NCBI GenBank assembly: GCA_021372535.1
Contig: JAJFUH010000149.1
Span: 10,803 to 74,802 of the forward strand
Direction of reading: 5' to 3'
DNA length: 64,000 nt
Source: a bacterium
GTDB taxonomy: Bacteria > Latescibacterota > Latescibacteria > Latescibacterales > Latescibacteraceae
A program made the translations under genes and the position numbers. This document shows, one piece after another, positions 58,649-64,000 of this stretch (its first letter is position 1; every line of letters begins with the position of its first letter). The notes under the pieces are model-generated. The model had not been told where the DNA came from. It saw nothing but the letters and a program-made list of their open reading frames with translations, and made no database searches.

Positions 58649-59098
58649 TTAAAAACCGATAGTATCGATAAGCCGTCCGGCGACTTTTGTAATAACATCC
58701 GGCTGGCTGTACGTTGTTTGAACAGCCTGGCTGTCAACCATTTTCATAGATGCGGACAGCTGTGTCGGTGTTTGATTCTTATCGGCGGTGATTTCAGAAA
58801 GGTTTTGCATTGATTCACCGGTTTCGATGATTTTTTCGGCTACTTTCTGCAAAAGCTCCGGCAGATAATAAGCGCCGTTTGCAACGCTCCTGGCAGCCGA
58901 TTCCACACGTTCGGACCGAGCGGAAAAATCTTCAGATGCGGTTGACAGCATCATCTCGGCCACATCACCCTCCTGCGCAGATCGTGACAGTTCAACAAGA
59001 TCACCTTTTTGGGGTTTCCCCGGTGATACCTTGGTCGACTGTTTGTCACTCAGCCGCTGCAGTCCGCCGTCACCTATTGATAACCCCTGTACTTTCAT
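58649..59098 (-). CDS. flgM: anti-sigma-28 factor FlgM-like protein with C-terminal extension
   Basis: 149 aa. The central segment RSERVESAARSVANGAYYLPELLQKVAEKII resembles the FlgM C-terminal sigma-28-binding helix region. Flagellar gene neighbourhood. Confidence 0.5.
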   Translation of the reverse strand: MKVQGLSIGDGGLQRLSDKQSTKVSPGKPQKGDLVELSRSAQEGDVAEMMLSTASEDFSARSERVESAARSVANGAYYLPELLQKVAEKIIETGESMQNLSEITADKNQTPTQLSASMKMVDSQAVQTTYSQPDVITKVAGRLIDTIGF

Positions 59099-59248
59099 AT
59101 CTGACTCTTTTCCTGATAATAATTATACATGGCTGCATTTTTTTGTGTTTTCAGAAAGACTGATGTCGGAACAGGTCCGGTTTGACAGTCATCCTTTACA
59201 CGTTTTAAGAATCTTTTTATCCTCTCGATGCACATGTATCCAACTGAT

Positions 59249-59662
59249 TCACTGATTAATCCGGCCATAGATTTTTAAAGCATTTCGGGTCTTCGAATAT
59301 GTTTTTATTTCATCGAACGTTTCATTCTTCATATGCTTTAAATCTCTCCTGGTCTGTTCCACCACACCTATTGTATCGGTAATGGTTTCACGAAGCCTGT
59401 TCATCAGCACCGAAAGATTCTGTTTCTGATTTTCCGTAAAATTCACTTTTTCCCGTTCAATGGATTCGAATAACACTTGTATGTCGTGAGTGGCCTTGAC
59501 TATTTCCGCTTCCACTTGTTCTCTGAGCTTCGCTTCCTTCGCCCTGCCCTCAAGATTGTTCTCGCTGAACAGATCTTTTTCTTTACGAACCAGGTCCTTC
59601 AGCAGTTTATGAAGTTTTATGTTTCTGCTGACGGCACGTTCAATTTCTTCGGGCTCCGCCAC
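59249..59662 (-). CDS. hypothetical coiled-coil protein in the flagellar operon (FliT/FlgN-like chaperone candidate)
   Basis: 137 aa, GTG start 3 nt after the fliS stop, with an AAGGGGTG RBS. Predicted all-helical and charged. No diagnostic motif. Confidence 0.45.
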   Translation of the reverse strand: MAEPEEIERAVSRNIKLHKLLKDLVRKEKDLFSENNLEGRAKEAKLREQVEAEIVKATHDIQVLFESIEREKVNFTENQKQNLSVLMNRLRETITDTIGVVEQTRRDLKHMKNETFDEIKTYSKTRNALKIYGRINQ

Positions 59663-59665
59663 AAT

Positions 59666-60097
59666 TCACCCCTTGAATCCATGATATTTTTTTCTGAATC
59701 GCTCACGGTCTTTTTTGAAATCCTGATACTCGGTGCTCCGGAAAACCTTTTTCCACGCATCTTCGAGCTCCACGAGGGAATCTCTCACCTCGGCAACTGA
59801 AAGCAGATCGTTACGGAAGTATGCCGTGTTTAATTTTACATAGAGTCCCCTGTACGTTCGCAGGAGAATTTCACCCATTTCACCGCTTTCGTCCATATTC
59901 AATGACGAAATGAGTTCCAGTATGATGTTTTTTGTCTTATTGACAAGTCTTCCTGTTTCAGAATGATCGTTTTCGGCTATTTCAAGCACTTTATTGAGAT
60001 AATTTATCGATCCGGCAAACATCATAAGTATCAGTTTTGCCTGATCGAGCTCATGCGCATGAGCTTCCTGATATGCCGAATAACCGCAGTGTGCCAT
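59666..60097 (-). CDS. fliS: flagellar export chaperone FliS
   Basis: 143 aa from ATG 60097 (AAGGA RBS 8 nt upstream); the track starts at GTG 60103. YQEAHAHELDQAKLILMMFAGSINYL and ILLRTYRGLY follow the FliS four-helix pattern. Confidence 0.85.
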   Translation of the reverse strand: MAHCGYSAYQEAHAHELDQAKLILMMFAGSINYLNKVLEIAENDHSETGRLVNKTKNIILELISSLNMDESGEMGEILLRTYRGLYVKLNTAYFRNDLLSVAEVRDSLVELEDAWKKVFRSTEYQDFKKDRERFRKKYHGFKG

Positions 60098-60165
60098 TAT
60101 CACAATCCTTATTAAAAAATCAAATCGGTCAGAGTACTGAAATACCTGTTACACCTCTATATACT

Positions 60166-60192
60166 ATATCGGTGTTTCGAGCACAAACTTTA
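60166..60192 (-). promoter_or_regulatory. sigma-28 (FliA)-type promoter upstream of fliS
   Basis: The minus strand reads TAAAGTTT-GTGCTCGAAAC-ACCGATAT, against the consensus TAAAGTTT-N11-GCCGATAA. The -35 element matches 8/8, the spacer is 11 nt, and the -10 matches 6/8. The -10 element ends about 62 nt upstream of the fliS ATG. Confidence 0.65.
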
Positions 60193-60200
60193 GTGGAAAA

Positions 60201-63200
60201 TTACAGACTGGTCTGAGGAAGCGAACTGAGAGATGCTGTAAGCCGCTGCTGGATTGTCTGGAGTCTTGACATGGCAGTTTCAAGTTCGGTGAATTTGCGG
60301 ACATACATTGCCCGTCTCTGTTCCAGGCGCTTGTTCGTTGATTCAATCTGGTTATTCAGAGAATCCAGTGAACGTTCATAATTATCAATTTTTGCCTGGA
60401 CATAACCGTTTATCGGGCTTGTTAATGCGGTCATTTCATTGTACAGAATATCCGCAATTCCTGACACAAGGGTAACAGTACCCTGGTCAGGGCCTTCGAC
60501 AGCAAGCTCATCTGCGGAAATTTCAGCTCTAATGACTATCCCCCGGGAATTTTCATCGGAGTTCGATGCGGTGAGATTCTGGCCTTTACCCGTTCCCACG
60601 GCACCGTTGATCGTACCGGCCACATCGACGCCCTTGATGGTTCCATCCGCTATACCGAGGTTTTTCCCGCCTTCAATGGTTAACGTGTAATCAGCCCCGT
60701 ACGCCGTGTGAGTAATGGTCAGGCGATTGTCATCGGAAACGGATGCATCAGCCGTTACCTTATTACGGCCCTTTTGAGCTGTAGCTAATGTTCCAAAATC
60801 CAGACCCTTGACTGTCGTGCTGATGGTAAAGCCGATAGAGCTTGTTCCGGACTGGATATCTTCTGTCTGTATCCTGCCTTCCGAATCGATGGTAGCATTG
60901 ACCTCGTTACCGGCGATGCTTTCCATCGCGTCGAGAATATCCTGGACATTGATCGTGTCATCTTTTCCGACATTGAGGATTTTCTGGTATGTTTTCCCGG
61001 TACGGTTGGTTCCACTTATGGTTATCGTATCATTCGCGCTGATTTCAACACCGTCTATGTTTTTAATAAGGGTATTCTGATCGACATAGTCGCCGTTGGT
61101 TTGATTGAGCGCGGTAGTCGACTTTAAAATCTGTGCGTACGTCTTTTGTGCTTCCGTATTGATGGCATTGGCAATATCGTCGGGAGTCATATCGGAAGAA
61201 TACGCTACATTCATCGTATTGCCGTAATTATCGGTGACACTCAGTGTCCCGTCGCCGTCAGTCTTGCCGACCAGAGTAGAAACAGCTTCCGCTTTTTCGG
61301 CGGCGCGGGTAATGGTCACATTATATGTTCCCGATTTTGTTTTTTCGGAATGATAGGCAAAAGAAATGTCATTATCGCTCGAGAGCCTGGTTGCGGTAAA
61401 GAGCGATACGACGGAATCCATATCGTTGTTCATGGCCTCTTTCAGTTTACCGGTGTCAAGACTCAGTTTACCGTCCGATGTACTCTCGACACCGATCTCT
61501 GCCAGGTTGGTATAACCGAAATCTTCACCGGAAATCGTAGTTCTGAGAGCGCTTCGTATCCGGTTAAGAACGGATATCGACGTCTGGTCTCCGAGCAGCG
61601 GGCCGGCTGTTTTCGTTTCTTTATCGTATTTAGAATTAGTATCGATAAAATCGACAAAATCATTATATGATTTGACAAACGCTTCAATTTTCGTCTGTAC
61701 TTCATCATTATCGCGCTTTACCGTGAGGTTGATCTCTGTCGCCGTATCAGCCTTCTTCAGCGTCAGGTTAAGACCCGATATCGCATCATTGATTTCATTG
61801 GTATCCCGTGTGATCTCGATGTTGTTGACCAGAATTTTTGCGTCACTTCCCTGTACGACCACACGATCTCGTCCCTTCTGAGTCTCGGCTGCAACACCAA
61901 AATCCAGTGTGCTCCCCGATTCGTTATTTGCCTTGATACTGAATTTCAGCGCCGTTTTTCCGGACTCGTCACTCTGAACGACAATTTTTCCATTTTGGAT
62001 CGAGGCCTGGACGGTATTCGAAAAAGCTTCTTCGATACCGGAAAGAATATCCCCGACCGTTTTATCGGAAGATATCTGAATCGTTCTGGAAACCGACGAA
62101 CCTGAGCTCGTGGTTCCCGAAATAGTGATTGAATCACCAGAAGAGCTTTTCCCCACAAGATCGACGAGTTTCGAGGTACTGTCGGCGATTTTTGTGGCTC
62201 CGTTCCCGTTTCCGTTTCCCTGACTCTTTTTGGTATAAAGAGTTTCTGTCTGGAATTCGGCTTTCACACCTTCGGTGCCTCCCTCGAGAATGCCGAGGGT
62301 TTCAAGAACATTTCCATCGTCGGTAAAAGCTTCGGTACCCGTTATGGCAAGACGATAGGAGGTTATATCATCTTCGGTGACCGACTCGATCGATGCGGAA
62401 ACCCCGTCAATACCGAGTCCGTTGATCTTATCGCGGATTGATGTGAGCGTATCCTTGGAAAGATTTATTTTCAGAGACTCGCCGCGAATCCCGACATTTC
62501 CTGAAGCGGAAGAGGAAATACCGGCGAGACTGCCAATGGTCGATGTCGATGAACTGAAGAGTGAGGAAAGAACTTTATTATCAGTAACTTCACGGACCTG
62601 TTTGGTACCATCCGTGATACCCAGCGCTCCCAGAATATCCGTATCACCGACATTTGCGATGAAAAATCCGTTTTCACCGGCGGTCTGGGAGTTGATGATC
62701 AGTCTGTTGTCACCTTTGGATATATTGAGTATACTTGCGGTTGCCCCTGCATTGAGCGTATTTATTCCGTTACGTATATCCTGTATACTGTCAGTACTTT
62801 TTACTTTGAAGCTCTCGCCGTTTACAAGGATTTCACCATTGAGCCCAAGTTTATCGGTTGAATTCGAATACGAGTTACTCGACAATGTTTCAGCTTGAGC
62901 CAACGAAAGGATTTTAACCGAATAAGTGCCTGAATTGGCAGAAGGCGAAGCACTGATACTCAGTGCCTCCTCATCTGAAGAGGAGGCACTGAAGGCTCCA
63001 AAGGAAACCGTACTTTTAAGCGCGGAAACCTTAGTTTTTAAATCATCGAGATTCGATTTTATGGTAGTATAGGTGTCTTGCTGTTTTGTCAGCTCGGTTT
63101 TACGGGTTTCGAGCCTTGTTAAAGGCTTGGACTCAGCCGTCATGAGATCTTCAATAAGCTGATTTGTGTCCAGACCGCTGACCAGTCCGCCAAAATTTAT

Positions 63201-63218
63201 TGATCCTACACTTGCCAT
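60201..63218 (-). CDS. fliD: flagellar filament cap protein FliD (very long form)
   Basis: 1005 aa. N-terminal GGLVSGLDTNQLIEDLMTAESKPL and a C-terminal coiled region (...RLEQRRAMYVRKFTELETAMSRLQ) are FliD signatures. The Thr/Ser/Gly-rich central region is greatly expanded. Confidence 0.9.
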   Translation of the reverse strand: MASVGSINFGGLVSGLDTNQLIEDLMTAESKPLTRLETRKTELTKQQDTYTTIKSNLDDLKTKVSALKSTVSFGAFSASSSDEEALSISASPSANSGTYSVKILSLAQAETLSSNSYSNSTDKLGLNGEILVNGESFKVKSTDSIQDIRNGINTLNAGATASILNISKGDNRLIINSQTAGENGFFIANVGDTDILGALGITDGTKQVREVTDNKVLSSLFSSSTSTIGSLAGISSSASGNVGIRGESLKINLSKDTLTSIRDKINGLGIDGVSASIESVTEDDITSYRLAITGTEAFTDDGNVLETLGILEGGTEGVKAEFQTETLYTKKSQGNGNGNGATKIADSTSKLVDLVGKSSSGDSITISGTTSSGSSVSRTIQISSDKTVGDILSGIEEAFSNTVQASIQNGKIVVQSDESGKTALKFSIKANNESGSTLDFGVAAETQKGRDRVVVQGSDAKILVNNIEITRDTNEINDAISGLNLTLKKADTATEINLTVKRDNDEVQTKIEAFVKSYNDFVDFIDTNSKYDKETKTAGPLLGDQTSISVLNRIRSALRTTISGEDFGYTNLAEIGVESTSDGKLSLDTGKLKEAMNNDMDSVVSLFTATRLSSDNDISFAYHSEKTKSGTYNVTITRAAEKAEAVSTLVGKTDGDGTLSVTDNYGNTMNVAYSSDMTPDDIANAINTEAQKTYAQILKSTTALNQTNGDYVDQNTLIKNIDGVEISANDTITISGTNRTGKTYQKILNVGKDDTINVQDILDAMESIAGNEVNATIDSEGRIQTEDIQSGTSSIGFTISTTVKGLDFGTLATAQKGRNKVTADASVSDDNRLTITHTAYGADYTLTIEGGKNLGIADGTIKGVDVAGTINGAVGTGKGQNLTASNSDENSRGIVIRAEISADELAVEGPDQGTVTLVSGIADILYNEMTALTSPINGYVQAKIDNYERSLDSLNNQIESTNKRLEQRRAMYVRKFTELETAMSRLQTIQQRLTASLSSLPQTSL

Positions 63219-63276
63219 GGTATCATAACCTCAATTAGCTTTTCTGTTTTGACATTCTACCAGTTTTACCATTACA

Positions 63277-63687
63277 TCAATACTTGTTATCAAAAAACCA
63301 GCCTGTATAATTACGAATTCTTGCTTTCATTGCCAGAACTTCTTCTGGCGGGAATTGTTTAATCAGTTCCCCTGTCTGACTCTTAAAAACTTTAATAACT
63401 GTGGCTTCAGAGTCTTTGTCTACAGAAAAGCTTACATCTTTTTTCTGTGCTTCTGCAATCTTATTGAGCTTCTCGATTGCAACGTGAACATCAATCGGAT
63501 CCGGCGGAGAGGTAACTCCTTCCTGTCCCTTTCCTTTCGATTCACCAGCCTTGGAAAAAGTTGGTTTCCTGGTAGAAGCACCACTCGAGCCAGAGGTGAC
63601 TGATCTCTGTCGGTTAGCAGTATTACTCGTCAGCTCGCTAACACGAACCTCCTGAGTCATGTCCTGCATACGACTTTCAATTTTCAT
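63277..63687 (-). CDS. flaG: FlaG family flagellar protein
   Basis: 136 aa. The C-terminal VSFSVDKDSEATVIKVFKSQTGELIKQFPPEEVLAM matches the FlaG pattern. GAGGTG RBS. Confidence 0.8.
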   Translation of the reverse strand: MKIESRMQDMTQEVRVSELTSNTANRQRSVTSGSSGASTRKPTFSKAGESKGKGQEGVTSPPDPIDVHVAIEKLNKIAEAQKKDVSFSVDKDSEATVIKVFKSQTGELIKQFPPEEVLAMKARIRNYTGWFFDNKY

Positions 63688-63734
63688 AGGTCATCACCTC
63701 ATATACCCATCGATTAATTAACCAGGAAAACCAA

Positions 63735-64000
63735 TTATCTGAACAGTGCAAGCACATTCTGCGGTACAGCATTCGCCTGCGCCAACATTGACATACCCGC
63801 CTGAACCAGAATCTGCGACTTGGTGAAGCTCGTGATCTCGTTGGAAATATCGAGGTCACGGATCGTCGATTCGGAGCTTGCCAGGTTCTCAGATGCATTA
63901 TCAACACTCGCCACGGTAAACGCAAGCCTGTTCTGGATGGTACCGAGATCGGAACGCGTTGAAGATACCGCATCGATAGCCGCTGTCAGGTCATCGAGCG
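63735..64000 (-). CDS. flagellin, C-terminal fragment (5' end outside the window); not in the ORF track
   Basis: The minus-strand frame ending at TAA (63735-63737) translates to ...STRSDLGTIQNRLAFTV...ESTIRDLDISNEITSFTKSQILVQAGMSMLAQANAVPQNVLALFR, the conserved flagellin C-terminal (D0/D1) domain. Confidence 0.9.
   Translation of the reverse strand, partial: LDDLTAAIDAVSSTRSDLGTIQNRLAFTVASVDNASENLASSESTIRDLDISNEITSFTKSQILVQAGMSMLAQANAVPQNVLALFR

Noticed and set aside
59099-59248. Sigma-28 promoter upstream of the flgM-like gene
   Set aside because: The best candidate (TCCGACAT) matches only 5 of 8 positions in the -10 element and has no TAAA-type -35 at the correct spacing.
63677-63973. 98-aa minus-strand ORF listed in the track
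   Set aside because: It is Arg/Trp-rich nonsense in the wrong frame. The adjacent frame ending at 63735 encodes a textbook flagellin C-terminus but has no start codon inside the window, which is why the track misses it.

Overview
Densely coding 64-kb chromosomal window: about 58 protein genes and one tRNA. I saw no rRNA, CRISPR array, transposase, integrase or phage genes. All family calls come from motifs read by eye in the translations; no database search was possible. The gene content suggests an anaerobic, flagellated bacterium. A short 285-aa RpoD-type sigma factor and a Por/T9SS-type C-terminal sorting domain point, as inference only, to the FCB superphylum or a neighbouring candidate phylum.

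Blocks:
- (i) 1-5.3 kb: outer-membrane barrel fragment, tRNA-Glu(UUC), GHL10-like lipoprotein, unknown secreted protein, esterase.
- (ii) 5.5-24.9 kb, all minus strand: a sensor kinase and a sigma-54 activator lie upstream of a candidate sigma-54 promoter. It is followed by 22 co-directional genes for a membrane-bound group 4 [NiFe]-hydrogenase. These are a hybrid receiver-kinase, an AsrA/AsrB(HydB/HydG)-like pair, a truncated FdhH-like protein, a HycB-like ferredoxin, a NuoH/B/C/D-like core with intact Ni-Fe cysteine motifs, a complete split mrpA'A''BCDEFG set, a HycF-like subunit, the HycI protease, an orphan CheY-type receiver, hypA and hypC.
- (iii) 25.4-32.6 kb: heavy-metal RND efflux operon (OMF, MFP, 1300-aa RND pump).
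- (iv) 32.9-36.9 kb: nagB, a GlmU-like beta-helix protein, an ACP and a LeuA/NifV-family synthase.
- (v) 37.1-43.7 kb: DUF3160-like T9SS cargo, heparinase II/III-like protein, FGE/SUMF1-like protein.
- (vi) 44.2-48.5 kb: deoxyhypusine-synthase-like gene, hldE, gmhB, rlmI.
- (vii) 48.8-50.3 kb: DsbD-gamma-like thioredoxin lipoprotein, a 49-aa CXXC membrane peptide missing from the ORF track, and a NapH-like polyferredoxin.
- (viii) 50.5-58.2 kb: thiL, GAF kinase, K-rich protein, htrA, sigma factor, M23 peptidase, cca.
- (ix) 58.6-64.0 kb: late flagellar genes (flgM-like, unknown, fliS, 1005-aa fliD, flaG, flagellin 3' end), with a near-consensus sigma-28 promoter in front of fliS.

Non-coding structure: a three-copy ~60-nt double-hairpin dispersed repeat with a compensatory stem change, a 17-bp branched hairpin inside the hydrogenase operon, a triple stem-loop cluster at 43.8 kb, and a short GCGGAT-based tandem repeat.

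The most interesting candidates are the atypical NAD(P)H-type input module with a degenerate molybdoenzyme on an FHL/Mrp-type hydrogenase, and the thioredoxin/CXXC-peptide/polyferredoxin trio. Whether either is novel cannot be judged without database searches.
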